Source: a virus. From it: 41,013 bases of DNA. How positions within the stretch are numbered: position 1 is the first letter of the stretch; every line of letters starts with the position of its first letter. Under the pieces are notes generated by a model. That model had not been told where the DNA came from, ran no database searches, and worked only from the letters and a program-made list of their open reading frames with translations. The position numbers were made by a program, and so were the translations under genes. The stretch lies in the UHGV virus genome UHGV-1836508; one strand, given 5' to 3'. This document shows, in pieces, positions 10,417 to 20,124 of the stretch.

Positions 10417-13400
10417 TTAGTTACGTTGAGTGTTTGGGTTGAGTGATCCGCCAGGGCGTTTCTCTTGAGCGATAGTCTCAAGCGCGATTGCTTTCATCCG
10501 TTGAGCGGCATTGTTCCATATGCTTTCTGTATCGCCGGATTCAGTTGTGCTACCGTCACTATGGACGTTGATCTCAATTGATACAGGAGAAAGAACATTT
10601 CCTCCTCCACTCATACCATCGGTACTGAGCGTTACAGGGATTGTTCGACCATCAGGCAATGGAACATACGCCTCATTCATATCGCCTTCCCCAAACAACG
10701 CCAATTGAGGTGAGTTGGCGATACCGCCTTTCTGGTATGCTCGGAGCGGGATCACGCCGTCTTTTCCGAATATGCCACCATTTGCAAACTTCGGAATTGC
10801 AGGAATACCATTCGTGCCATCGGCAGCAGAACTGGTCAGATTGTTGAACCCGGAAGTTGAGCCAGAAGAACCGGACATCAATCCATCGAATCCACCACCA
10901 GCCCATACTGAAACCAAACCAGATGCAACTGTCGCGCCGAAATTCAACCACTTATTACCAGAGCCGGAAGCATTAGCTCCAAGCATTGCAAACGCGGCAG
11001 ACAGAGCGCCGGTAACAGAGCTGAGGTTCTGCATCGAGAAGATGGAGTCCTTCACTGCTTTTGTCTCAGCATCTTTGGCTTCGGTGCTATTAAATAGCCC
11101 TGATACCCAGCTACCAATCGCATTTGTTGCTGTGCCAATTGCGCTGGTGGTCTGCTGTGTCGTTTGCCCCAATCCAGTTACCGAACTGGACGTCTCCTTC
11201 GTGGCTTCTCCTACCGACTTGTCGCCATTAACAGTGTTGCTTATGCGCACACCTTGATTGGCAACTGCGGAAGCAACCCCGGTGAGCAAATTACCACTCT
11301 GTGAACTACCAGCTGCGGTGGTTCCCATCCCCAACATGTTCATTAGAGGCAGCGTGATCTGCGACTTCACGACCATATTGGTGATATCTTTCAAAATGGA
11401 CTGAGATAGGCTGGAGAAGCTCATCTTCCCGTTAATAACGAAATCAGTCAGGACATCAGTTAAGCCACTAAACAAATCAGTCCAGGTGCTTTCGATCTGC
11501 TCTGCCAGATTTTCGTATTCCAGTGCCAACTTCTGCGTCGCAGTCCCCGTCTCTTTAATAAGCGCGGTATTGCCAGCAGCAATCAGTTGATTGATTTTCT
11601 TTGTATAAAGCGCCACAACTTTAGGATCAGACGCCTTATCACGAAGTTCTATCAACGCTTTGAGATTGCGGTTGTAGGTGTCTTCGAAATCAGCAACTTT
11701 CTCTTCGCGAGACGGCGTATAGCCAGCACTAACAATGGAATCCGCCTCCGGTGCCCAAGTGGAGATCATCTGCTCAACATTGCGGCGATTAAACATCTCG
11801 CGATATTCAGGTGTCGCATTTTTGAGGTCTTCAAGACGTTTTTTCGCCTTGTCGATCATCTCTTGAGTGATGAACTCGTTAGGTACCGCATTAGCCAAAT
11901 CTGTCAGCGATTTCGTTGTATCGCGAAGAGACTGATCAAACGATACCGTAGCCTTAGAGCTTTCACCCATTTGCCCCATAAGCTGATCAGCTTTGTCCAG
12001 AGCCTTCTGGTATCCGGCTGCCAGTTTCTGTTGCGCTGCCTGTTCCTTCTTGGCCGCACGCTGCGAGGCGTTAGCTGATCGTTGGGCTGCTTTCTCGGCA
12101 GCTGCTGCATCCTGTTCACGAGCTTTAGTAAGTGCGGCAATGGCTGCGGCACGCTCTTCATCGCTCATTTTCTCCAGAGAGCTGGCGCTGGATGCTTTCT
12201 GCAAATTAAGCTGCGTCTTGAGTTGTTTAGGCCCAATAATCGGCTTACCTTCGAAGTCCATCATCGGAGTGCCGTCAGGCAAAGTACGTTGATAAGTCGC
12301 AGAATCCATCTGGTTTCGCATATATTGCGCCAGCGCCTTCTGAGCAGCTTTATCAGTTGTACCTAACCCAAGAACATCTCCATTGATTGACACTAAGCCA
12401 TTACCACTTTTGGCCGCGTTATCCCTCTTAAACTCTGCCTGAGTCAGTTCCTGAGCAACGACTTCCAAATGCTCCTGATAGCCACGAATACTTCCTTGCA
12501 GTTTCTGAATCTGCTCGGTATTTCCTTCCTTTTTCGCTTTTTCAAGCTGATCATTAAGAGTCGCGATTTGCTTCTCGGTCGCATTCTTACGAGAAGAAAG
12601 TGAATCAACCAGTTTTTGCGCAGGCTCCAGATAGCTTTTGTTTACCGTTTCACGTAACGGTGCCAATAGCTTGTTCTTTTCGTCATCCGAAAGTGAACCG
12701 TCATCCTTGATTTTCTGGATTTTCTCCAGAGCCTCCTGACGAGCTTTCACGAACGTTGCCGCAAAGTCTCTATTCTCTTCGAGTATTTTCTCTATCTGGG
12801 ATTCTGCCGTCTCTTTTGCCAGACGTTTGGCTACAGCCAAATCCCCTCTGGCAATAGTTTCATTGGTTTCATCGCGTTTCTTACGAAGTTCATTTAGCTC
12901 ATTTTCTATTCGCTTACGTTCATCATGATTAATCTTTACTGTAGTTCCGGCCATACCCGGCCCATAAACCACCTTTTCGCCAGATTTTAACTCTTGTTCC
13001 TTTTGCGTGATTTGTTGCTCAAGACGCGCTTTATACTCGGCCATCTGTGCACGTTTAGCCGCCGTCATCGCTTCTGGTATTTTCCTAATCTCGTCAACGA
13101 CCTTTGAAGTTTCGCTACGAAGCATGGTCATATACGTGATTAAGCCAGCAACAGCGGTCATTGCAGCAGTGAAAACAAAACCTATCGGATTCGCCGCAAT
13201 AAACGCAGTCAGGCCAGCAAAAGCGCCTTTAAGCCCCGTAATCGCCCCACGGATGGCGAAAATAAGAGAGGGGATCGGAGCCAGCCCCATACGTGCCGCA
13301 CGATTGAATCGGGTTACTGCTGTAGCGCCGAGGTTAAATGGAGTCTGTATGGCGGTCGCCATCGTGGCAAAGGTGCTAACCATCTGGCTGCCTGCGCCAA

Positions 13401-14994
13401 CTACCCCCATGATCCCTGCTCGCATCAGTTTGAACGCAACCATCGCGGCCACGACCTTACCGAGATTAATCACCAGCTCTTGGTTCTTTGCTAACCATTG
13501 AGCAAGCTGACGCAACCCATCGATTGCCGTTGTTAACCCCGAACCTAAAGAATTGGCAAACGAAATCCCTTCGGCGCTATTCATGATTGAAGCCAGTTCT
13601 TTCATCCCCTTCGATAGAGAATCCAGATATCCGGCCTGACCAACCCGATCAGCAAATAACGTGAATGACGTCTGAAGTTGCGCCAGCGCACCTGTGTAGG
13701 TTTGCATCATGTCTTTCGCTGCGTTCTCATTCTCCGCACGCAGACCAACAAACATCAGAGACAACGCCTGTTTTGCCTCAACCGTACCGCTGGCAACGGC
13801 TTTAGTCAGTTCCCCCATAGTGATGCCTGCGGCGTCTGCCATTGCCTGCATCGCGTTAGGAACGGCTTCACCTAATTGCTGACGTAGCTCTTCCATTGAC
13901 ACAACGCCCTTACCGGACATCTGCTGAACGGCCACAGCCGCACGTTTCAACAGCTCACTATCACCACCAAAACGAGCAACGGAGTCCACCAGCGCCTTCA
14001 GAGAACCATCGGTTGGATCTAAGCCAGCAGAACGAAACTTCACGAAGGAGTCTGTTAACGCCTGCATCGCGAACGGCGCATTTTGAGCCATGTCTACGAT
14101 GTACTTCATATCATCAGCGGCAGCCTGGCCCGGGTTGGACTTCTCCTTATTCAACCCTCGAAGCATCACCCGCATACGTTCCATTTCGGCCGCAGCTTCA
14201 ACAATAGGCTTCTGCCACCCAAACATGATGTCAGTAACCGTTCTGGCTGCATCTCCGATCTCGCCAAGCAGGAAAATGTTGCCACGAAGGCCAGAGAACA
14301 TACCTCCTTCGTTACTTTTACCGCTATGGCCAGAAGCGCCGCTACGCCGCCCGCTACCACCATCGCCACTTCCAGATGTACGAACGCGTACCGGCTTGCT
14401 AATCAGTTGCTGACGTCCGATAACTTCGTCCATCTGCTCACGAACCTTTTTCAGTCCCTCGGCAGCCTGACTCGTTGTGACACCCCAATTACTGAGTCGC
14501 TTCGTCGTGGTATTAAGGCGCGTATTCATGCCACTCACGGACGCAGAGGCTTCTTTGACCTCCGTACCAAAGCGGCTTGCGCTTTTGCTTGCATAGGTCG
14601 CCCAATCAGAGAAATCATTTAGCTCTGATTGCACTTTACGTAATGACGCGGTGAGTTTATCTACTGAAGAAGTTGTCGTATCGACGCGCTCAATCAGGGC
14701 TTTAAGACCAGAATTGAGGCTGGTGATGTTGCCACGCATTTTACGCGTAGCATCTGAAGCAAGCTCAAAACCGGCAGCTACATCCTGTAGTTTATCTGCC
14801 GTAGAATCGAGCTTGCTTTCCAGAACGCCAATGATACGGGCGACCGAACCCAAAGAGCGTTCAAAGGTTTGGATTTTTTGAGCAGGCTTTGTTACCTGCT
14901 CACCAAATCGAGTAAGCAGTTTCCCCGCACGATCGATTGACGCTGTAAACTGTTTGTCTTCCAGCGACAGGATAAACTCTACGTTTTGTGACAT
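10417..14994 (-). CDS. tail tape measure protein
   Basis: About 1525 aa, coiled-coil rich with Gly-rich segments, located between the G/T chaperones and M. Track start 15015 is TTG; ATG at 14994 follows the T-frame stop. Confidence 0.9.
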   Translation of the reverse strand: MSQNVEFILSLEDKQFTASIDRAGKLLTRFGEQVTKPAQKIQTFERSLGSVARIIGVLESKLDSTADKLQDVAAGFELASDATRKMRGNITSLNSGLKALIERVDTTTSSVDKLTASLRKVQSELNDFSDWATYASKSASRFGTEVKEASASVSGMNTRLNTTTKRLSNWGVTTSQAAEGLKKVREQMDEVIGRQQLISKPVRVRTSGSGDGGSGRRSGASGHSGKSNEGGMFSGLRGNIFLLGEIGDAARTVTDIMFGWQKPIVEAAAEMERMRVMLRGLNKEKSNPGQAAADDMKYIVDMAQNAPFAMQALTDSFVKFRSAGLDPTDGSLKALVDSVARFGGDSELLKRAAVAVQQMSGKGVVSMEELRQQLGEAVPNAMQAMADAAGITMGELTKAVASGTVEAKQALSLMFVGLRAENENAAKDMMQTYTGALAQLQTSFTLFADRVGQAGYLDSLSKGMKELASIMNSAEGISFANSLGSGLTTAIDGLRQLAQWLAKNQELVINLGKVVAAMVAFKLMRAGIMGVVGAGSQMVSTFATMATAIQTPFNLGATAVTRFNRAARMGLAPIPSLIFAIRGAITGLKGAFAGLTAFIAANPIGFVFTAAMTAVAGLITYMTMLRSETSKVVDEIRKIPEAMTAAKRAQMAEYKARLEQQITQKEQELKSGEKVVYGPGMAGTTVKINHDERKRIENELNELRKKRDETNETIARGDLAVAKRLAKETAESQIEKILEENRDFAATFVKARQEALEKIQKIKDDGSLSDDEKNKLLAPLRETVNKSYLEPAQKLVDSLSSRKNATEKQIATLNDQLEKAKKEGNTEQIQKLQGSIRGYQEHLEVVAQELTQAEFKRDNAAKSGNGLVSINGDVLGLGTTDKAAQKALAQYMRNQMDSATYQRTLPDGTPMMDFEGKPIIGPKQLKTQLNLQKASSASSLEKMSDEERAAAIAALTKAREQDAAAAEKAAQRSANASQRAAKKEQAAQQKLAAGYQKALDKADQLMGQMGESSKATVSFDQSLRDTTKSLTDLANAVPNEFITQEMIDKAKKRLEDLKNATPEYREMFNRRNVEQMISTWAPEADSIVSAGYTPSREEKVADFEDTYNRNLKALIELRDKASDPKVVALYTKKINQLIAAGNTALIKETGTATQKLALEYENLAEQIESTWTDLFSGLTDVLTDFVINGKMSFSSLSQSILKDITNMVVKSQITLPLMNMLGMGTTAAGSSQSGNLLTGVASAVANQGVRISNTVNGDKSVGEATKETSSSVTGLGQTTQQTTSAIGTATNAIGSWVSGLFNSTEAKDAETKAVKDSIFSMQNLSSVTGALSAAFAMLGANASGSGNKWLNFGATVASGLVSVWAGGGFDGLMSGSSGSTSGFNNLTSSAADGTNGIPAIPKFANGGIFGKDGVIPLRAYQKGGIANSPQLALFGEGDMNEAYVPLPDGRTIPVTLSTDGMSGGGNVLSPVSIEINVHSDGSTTESGDTESIWNNAAQRMKAIALETIAQEKRPGGSLNPNTQRN

Positions 14995-15001
14995 TCCCTT
15001 G

Positions 15002-15669
15002 TCATCCTCTGCCAAATATTTGCATCAGTTGCTCTTTGGCGTCAGGGTCTGCCTTATCCTGGCTTGGATCGTAGACTTTATCTGTTACGACTGGTCTTCC
15101 AATCCTGAGTTGCAAACCCTCCATGAACGCCTTCACAGCCTCTCCATCCGCCTGGGACGCACGAGCGACTTGTAAGTTGCGGACATCCTCTTCCGCACGC
15201 AGACGGTCTATATTGCGACTGAGCATCCAGAACATCGTGAGAGGAACGTTCAGTAGCTCTAATGGCGACACGGCGTAGTGAGCAACTACACGACTGAAAT
15301 AGAATCCGAGATCTATTGAGACGGTCCTTGTCCCGGATTCATCGCGGGAAATTACTTTGCCCCTTCGCCAGCCGCTTTTTCGTTTTCTTCATCAATCACT
15401 TCCATAGCGAAGGTGAAGATCTGCTGGAGTTGCGGAACAGTCAGTTTTTCAAGAACTTCGTCAGGTACTGAAGGGATAACCTTACGAACCAGATCTGCAT
15501 AAGCTGTCACTTGCTCAACAGGAGACATGTTCATGAGATCTTTACCTTCCATCTGCTTGATGGAAACGAACAGACCTACCGTCATTTCAACGATGGGATA
15601 TTCCTGACCGCCAAATTTGATGCTTTTCTTCGGAGGCAGAATGGAATCGAGATCGAGTAATTTGGTCAT
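15002..15669 (-). CDS. tail assembly chaperone G-T fusion, predicted to be made by -1 ribosomal frameshift
   Basis: The downstream open frame (track ORF 15002..15271) is exactly -1 relative to G and stays open up to the stop at 15389-15391, overlapping the last 12 G codons, which contain GAAAAAG. Conserved G/GT arrangement of siphovirus tail modules. Confidence 0.5.
15352..15669 (-). CDS. tail assembly chaperone (gpG-like)
   Basis: 105-aa acidic protein immediately upstream of the tape measure gene; ATG with SD AAGGA. Confidence 0.75.
   Translation of the reverse strand: MTKLLDLDSILPPKKSIKFGGQEYPIVEMTVGLFVSIKQMEGKDLMNMSPVEQVTAYADLVRKVIPSVPDEVLEKLTVPQLQQIFTFAMEVIDEENEKAAGEGAK
15375..15381 (-). 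other. candidate -1 frameshift slip site (GAAAAAG on coding strand)
   Basis: Only homopolymeric slippery run inside the G/T frame overlap window. Confidence 0.35.
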
Positions 15670-15724
15670 TGGTTAAAATCCTTTTAAAAGAGAGGCCCAT
15701 CCTGAGCCTCTGCTTAATTACTGA

Positions 15725-16471
15725 TTAATCTGCGGGGTTAATCGTTACTGACTTAGTTGCCTTCTTACCACCGCTATTGCTGGTGAAGGAGATATTTGTA
15801 GAACCCTGCGCCACACCACGTACCAGACCCGTTTGATCTACCGTGGCCTTTTCCTGGTCTTCGGATTCCCAAACACCGGTTTTGTCTGCGGCATCAGCTG
15901 GAGTGATTTCGGCTGCCAGTTGCACAGTTTCTCCAGCTTTTACGGTTGGAGATTCCGGTGAGATCGACACAGTTTTTACCGGTTTAGGACCGCTCATTTT
16001 GCCCAGAACGCCTTCATCATCCGGGTATGCGCTGAACTGAACAGAGAACACACGAACATCATCAGACTGGTAGGTCATAGTGAAGTTGCCCGCGGTTGCC
16101 GCTTTCGGGATGGTCAACACATAGTCGGTGGTGTCCTGCGGAGTCAGAACCAGCTCCTTCGCCACATCAATCAGGTTAACGCCCTGTGCAGATGTGATCG
16201 TGACAGAGTTGTCATCTTCGCTCAGAGTAGAACCAGGCATCAGGTCAACCATGTTTTGGAGTACAGACTCAGCCAGAGGCGCGGTGATGGTAATGTTGCG
16301 CCCCTGAACTAATTCGGAAATTACGGTCTGCCCCAACTGATCGACGGTGACTTTCAGCGTTTCAGTGGCTACTTCAACCTGAACACCACCTTTGGTGTAA
16401 CCCAAATCCACACCACCAAACGACACCTTACAGGCACCAAGTTTGATGTTTTTTACATGGGTATTAGACAT
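15725..16471 (-). CDS. major tail protein with C-terminal Ig-like (Big_2-type) domain
   Basis: Position upstream of G/T; C-terminus …TVKAGETVQLAAEITPADAADKTGVWESEDQEKATVDQTGLVRGVAQGSTNISFT… is a Big_2-like Ig domain. ATG at 16471 has SD AAGGAG; the track start 16507 has none. Confidence 0.8.
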   Translation of the reverse strand: MSNTHVKNIKLGACKVSFGGVDLGYTKGGVQVEVATETLKVTVDQLGQTVISELVQGRNITITAPLAESVLQNMVDLMPGSTLSEDDNSVTITSAQGVNLIDVAKELVLTPQDTTDYVLTIPKAATAGNFTMTYQSDDVRVFSVQFSAYPDDEGVLGKMSGPKPVKTVSISPESPTVKAGETVQLAAEITPADAADKTGVWESEDQEKATVDQTGLVRGVAQGSTNISFTSNSGGKKATKSVTINPAD

Positions 16472-16526
16472 TGATGGAAAACTCCTTTTTCCGTTAATTC
16501 TACGCATTCATTGCGCTAATAGTAAG

Positions 16527-16554
16527 TATATACTTACTAATTGAGTTAATTCAA
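16527..16554 (-). promoter_or_regulatory. candidate sigma70-type promoter for the major tail gene (TTGAAT - 16 bp - TATATA)
   Basis: Hexamers read on minus strand; the -10 lies in the perfect palindrome TAGTAAGTATATACTTACTA. Confidence 0.4.
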
Positions 16555-16929
16555 TAAATAGCCAGCAAATTCAACAGGAATGCCTGCTTCTATTAATGCC
16601 CCATCATTTTTGGGATAAATGATTGGCATCGCCATCGGTCGTACAAGTCGAAAATAAACACCACCAGATTCCGTTTCCTCTACTGGAAACATCTCAATGA
16701 TTTTATGGGCTTTCTCAACCGTCGTAGTAATTGACGAACCACGCACAATGATTGTGAATGATTCGTGATAAAAGCCCTGTAGCTCATGATCGATGCTGAT
16801 GCCGGTATTTGGGTTAATAAGCAGGACGCCAGATTTCACATTGGCAGGCAAGTAGTGACAGAAAATGTCAGTCCCGACCGTGCCAATCTTTGCCTTCTGC
16901 ATCAAACTTGCAAACGCTTCAATAAACAC
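16546..16929 (-). CDS. putative tail terminator / tail completion protein
   Basis: Gene immediately upstream of the major tail gene. Track start 17052 is TTG with a 122-nt overlap; GTG at 16929 with SD GAGAGG is the likelier start (ATG at 16902 is an alternative). Confidence 0.45.
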   Translation of the reverse strand: MFIEAFASLMQKAKIGTVGTDIFCHYLPANVKSGVLLINPNTGISIDHELQGFYHESFTIIVRGSSITTTVEKAHKIIEMFPVEETESGGVYFRLVRPMAMPIIYPKNDGALIEAGIPVEFAGYLLN

Positions 16930-16930
16930 A

Positions 16931-17404
16931 TTAACCTCTCGTAAATCCGGCTTTTCTGGCAGCCTCAAGAATCGCTTCTGAGAACTGCTTCTCGCTAATT
17001 TCCACCGCTCTTTCCAGAAAGTGTGGCCCAACACGGGGTTTAACACCGGCAATTGGTGGGTTTGTCACGTTCTTCATTCGAGAAAGATAACCGAGTCGGT
17101 ATTTACCCAGCTCCATGTACTTAGCATAGTCACCTACTTCTACGCCCGGATGCCCCTGACGTGGTTTTGCTCCAGACACAGAAAGCTCAATACGCAGCCC
17201 TGAATAACCTTCTTTAATCACCCTGGCAAAGATGGCTGTCTCCAGAGATCCGGTTTCCAGCGGGGCCATTGCACGGCTGAGACGCTCAACCAAACGCGCC
17301 AGCTTTTCCATGTCCCGGATAAGATATCGCTTAAATGCTTTCTGGCTGTTGTTGAGTCGATTCCCCGCACGTTTGAACTGATGCGCATCGTATTTCAGAC
17401 CCAT
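16931..17404 (-). CDS. putative head-tail joining / tail component protein
   Basis: 157 aa, ATG start, overlaps upstream gene stop by 10 nt; position in the connector region. Confidence 0.45.
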   Translation of the reverse strand: MGLKYDAHQFKRAGNRLNNSQKAFKRYLIRDMEKLARLVERLSRAMAPLETGSLETAIFARVIKEGYSGLRIELSVSGAKPRQGHPGVEVGDYAKYMELGKYRLGYLSRMKNVTNPPIAGVKPRVGPHFLERAVEISEKQFSEAILEAARKAGFTRG

Positions 17405-17739
17405 ATATTCGCCCCTACTTCAAGATGCCCAGGTCTTCCTCGTAGCCCCCAGCGGCGATGAACACTGGACACCTTTAATTTTTGACCTTCAAGGATCAGC
17501 ACATCATCAAGTTGTACAGCCGCTTCTAAAGGGACAACTAACACAGCATCAAACAGCTCCAGACTCGCCTTACCACGACTACCAGAGCTATCAGCACGAA
17601 CTGACGATTTCTCATTACTCTGTTCGAACTTAACCACGCCGACATTCGTCTTCCTGACGAATTGTAATTGCGCCTCGCCGTAAACGTTCTTTGCGCCAAA
17701 GCGGTAGATCGCAATTTCTGTTTGCCACGAAATATTCAT
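17395..17739 (-). CDS. putative head-tail adaptor / head closure protein
   Basis: Track start 17835 is TTG; ATG at 17739 preceded by AGAGAGAG. Position between head and tail genes. Confidence 0.4.
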   Translation of the reverse strand: MNISWQTEIAIYRFGAKNVYGEAQLQFVRKTNVGVVKFEQSNEKSSVRADSSGSRGKASLELFDAVLVVPLEAAVQLDDVLILEGQKLKVSSVHRRWGLRGRPGHLEVGANIWV

Positions 17740-17818
17740 GCTCTCTCTCTGTTGTTGTCGGTCGCTCTCATTACTGGCCAAAAACCCTTTCGACCAAAAG
17801 TAAATAATGCGACTGGCG

Positions 17819-18652
17819 TTACGCACGGCGAACAATCATACGGTTGTTGATGTAACTGACCAGCAAGCGCCAGGTACTGCGAGCCACATGAACGTTTGCA
17901 GCTTTACCGGTACGGTACATGTTGGTTGTTTCACCGATTGACTCTGACAAAATGCCATCCTCTCGTGCTGCGGCAACATCATTGCCATTTGCGATCTCAC
18001 ACGCTTCGTTGACAACGGCAAGCATCAACGCTTCTTTGAAGTAGTCAGGGAACTCTTCAAACTTCTCCTGCGTCATCTTTTCCCAATCGACTAAATCATG
18101 CCGGTACGCTCCATCTGCTCCCCACGGAATGTCATACACATTCAGCATATTTTGAGGGCGATCGTATCGGTCAAAGTCGATACGTAGAATTTTGCGGATT
18201 GAGAACGGTAAAGTTTTAATTCGTCTGGTAGCCTCAATGAGACGCTTGCGCATTAAGCCTTCACCATCCGACAGCAAAGTGTCCCCATTCAGCATATCGA
18301 TCGCCTGCATTTGAGCATCAGCGACAGTTGCAAACGACTGTTCTGGTATCGACAGTTCAAAACTATTCAGCAGAACATACATTTGCCGCTCTTCATGCGT
18401 CAGACCCGATGCAACAGCCTTCACAATGACGTACCGCAGATCGCGTTCTTTCTCAGAGAGCTGGTTATATTCAGCCGACACGACAACCGGAATCGACATT
18501 TGACCGCTGGTAATTTCTAGCGGCTCGCCATCAACGAGAATAGCCCCGGTGCTGTCCTTTACTGTGTAGGTAGCAGATTCGATATCCAGCACGTTGAAGG
18601 CAAATGAAAGGGAAACAGCTTCACCGCTACGATACGAGTCGATCTGCGCCAT
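17819..18652 (-). CDS. hypothetical structural protein (connector region)
   Basis: 277 aa; ATG overlaps upstream stop (TAATG); within the late operon. Confidence 0.5.
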   Translation of the reverse strand: MAQIDSYRSGEAVSLSFAFNVLDIESATYTVKDSTGAILVDGEPLEITSGQMSIPVVVSAEYNQLSEKERDLRYVIVKAVASGLTHEERQMYVLLNSFELSIPEQSFATVADAQMQAIDMLNGDTLLSDGEGLMRKRLIEATRRIKTLPFSIRKILRIDFDRYDRPQNMLNVYDIPWGADGAYRHDLVDWEKMTQEKFEEFPDYFKEALMLAVVNEACEIANGNDVAAAREDGILSESIGETTNMYRTGKAANVHVARSTWRLLVSYINNRMIVRRA

Positions 18653-19086
18653 TACTCACCGCCTTGTGCTTTCAGGATGCCTTCAATCATCTCGACAATT
18701 CCTTTCGCTTTGACACCAACCTGATTACCAATCACACGTAGACCGGCAATGCCTTCATTGTCTGCAATTGACTCCAACTCTTCTCGTGTGAAAGTCTGGA
18801 TCTGTTTGGTCGGTTCATCTGGTGTCCCACGTTTCATTGGCACAATGTCAGGTGCTGCTGGCTCGGTAATCAGGTCTGCGGTCAACTCGCCACGATCACT
18901 GTATGCGGCAGACGGAGAAACATTTTTGCCCTCGACTGTTGATGCTCGCATTGAGGCACAAATCCTTTGCTGATCGATAAAAGGCAACTCCGCTACGGAC
19001 ACCCCGTTCTCGAACTGAACGCCGCACAACATTCCCGAATAACCGGAAAATTGCGGTTCTAATAAAACAATTTTTGCTGGTTTCAT
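18652..19086 (-). CDS. hypothetical structural protein (connector region)
   Basis: 144 aa; ATG start preceded by a GC hairpin with GAAA loop (19110-19127). Confidence 0.5.
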   Translation of the reverse strand: MKPAKIVLLEPQFSGYSGMLCGVQFENGVSVAELPFIDQQRICASMRASTVEGKNVSPSAAYSDRGELTADLITEPAAPDIVPMKRGTPDEPTKQIQTFTREELESIADNEGIAGLRVIGNQVGVKAKGIVEMIEGILKAQGGE

Positions 19087-19130
19087 AACGCATTCTCTCT
19101 ACATGGGCGGCTTTCGCCGCCCAATATTGA

Positions 19131-20051
19131 TTATTCCTGTGCAGCAGTGACTTCTACGGTCGCTGTCGCTTTGTGGCTACCATCTTGGGTAGTAACCTCG
19201 ATTGTGGCAGTACCAGCCGCAACGCCAGTTACAACACCGGTTTCGCTATCCACCGTTGCAAACTCGGTATTTTTGGATTCCCAAGTAACGGTTTTATTTG
19301 TTGCTCCTGCCGGCTCGACATTTGCGGTCAGCTGAACAGTTTTGTTTGCCTCAACGGTTGTGCTATTTGGGTCGATTTCGACGCCGGTAACAGCCACAAC
19401 AGGCGCAGTTACTTCCACCGTTGCAGTTCCCTTTTTGCTGCCATCTTGGGAAACGATCTCAATCGTCGCAGTGCCAACTTCTACACCAGTAACGTTCCCG
19501 CTCTGGTCTACCGTTGCCTTGTCTTCATTTTTGGAAGACCAAGTAACTGCCTTATTCGTCGCATTTGACGGCTGAACATTCGCTTTCAGACTGACTGATT
19601 TCCCTTTCTCAACAGAGGTTGAGTCTGGCGTTACCGTTACGGATTGAACGGCTACCGGATTTACGGTGACTTCCACTGACGCGGAAAGCTGGGTTTCCTG
19701 ATCAGTTGCGGTAATTTTCACTTTGCCTGGTGCTACGCCAGTTACTAATCCAGTGCCGTTGACGGTTGCAATTTGATCATTGGCTGACTTCCAGGTGAAT
19801 GAACTGGCACTCTTACCCATAGTAATACCTGCACTAAGTTGAACAGTTTTCCCAACCAAAACTGACGGTGAAGCCGGGGTTATGTTTACGGATTGGGAGA
19901 AGGGAACCGCCTGCAAACAAGCAGATAGCTGACTTTGTTGTCGCTCGGTTAAAGGTTCATCGGAGATAGAATTGGTAAATCCGGCACGGCACATATGCCC
20001 CGTAAAATCCGAAAATGCCTCTTCCGTAATCTTCATCTTTTGTTCTGGCAT
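19131..20051 (-). CDS. Ig-like (three Big_2-type repeats) virion surface protein, probable head decoration protein
   Basis: Three repeated units of the form …V(T/S)VTP…(V/A)xxGxTVQL(S/T)A…P…ATN…V(T/W)(W/K)xS…ATVD…G…V(T/R)GV…G(T/S)…I… immediately downstream of the major capsid gene and its attenuator. Confidence 0.7.
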   Translation of the reverse strand: MPEQKMKITEEAFSDFTGHMCRAGFTNSISDEPLTERQQSQLSACLQAVPFSQSVNITPASPSVLVGKTVQLSAGITMGKSASSFTWKSANDQIATVNGTGLVTGVAPGKVKITATDQETQLSASVEVTVNPVAVQSVTVTPDSTSVEKGKSVSLKANVQPSNATNKAVTWSSKNEDKATVDQSGNVTGVEVGTATIEIVSQDGSKKGTATVEVTAPVVAVTGVEIDPNSTTVEANKTVQLTANVEPAGATNKTVTWESKNTEFATVDSETGVVTGVAAGTATIEVTTQDGSHKATATVEVTAAQE

Positions 20052-20061
20052 TTCTCGCTCC

Positions 20062-20093
20062 TACAAAAAGGGTGGGCGTATAGCCCACCCTTT
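20062..20093 (-). terminator. intrinsic terminator / attenuator after the major capsid gene
   Basis: Minus-strand hairpin AAAGGGTGGGC-tatac-GCCCACCCTTT followed by TTTTG. Confidence 0.7.
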
Positions 20094-20124
20094 AACATAG
20101 ATAATTACTTATCTACTTCACTGA

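Noticed and set aside
10511-14881. Numerous plus-strand and alternative-frame ORFs within the tape measure gene (for example 10715..11257, 13007..13501, 14083..14622)
   Set aside because: All are antisense to or nested in a long, clearly coding tape measure ORF, lack RBS context and have skewed composition; there is no evidence for overlapping genes.
7875-17835. Track start codons at 7875 (J), 9292 (K), 15015 (tape measure), 17052 and 17835
   Set aside because: These are TTG/GTG codons at the upstream end of the open frame with no SD or with long overlaps; downstream ATG/GTG codons with proper SD spacing were preferred (7869, 9265, 14994, 16929, 17739).
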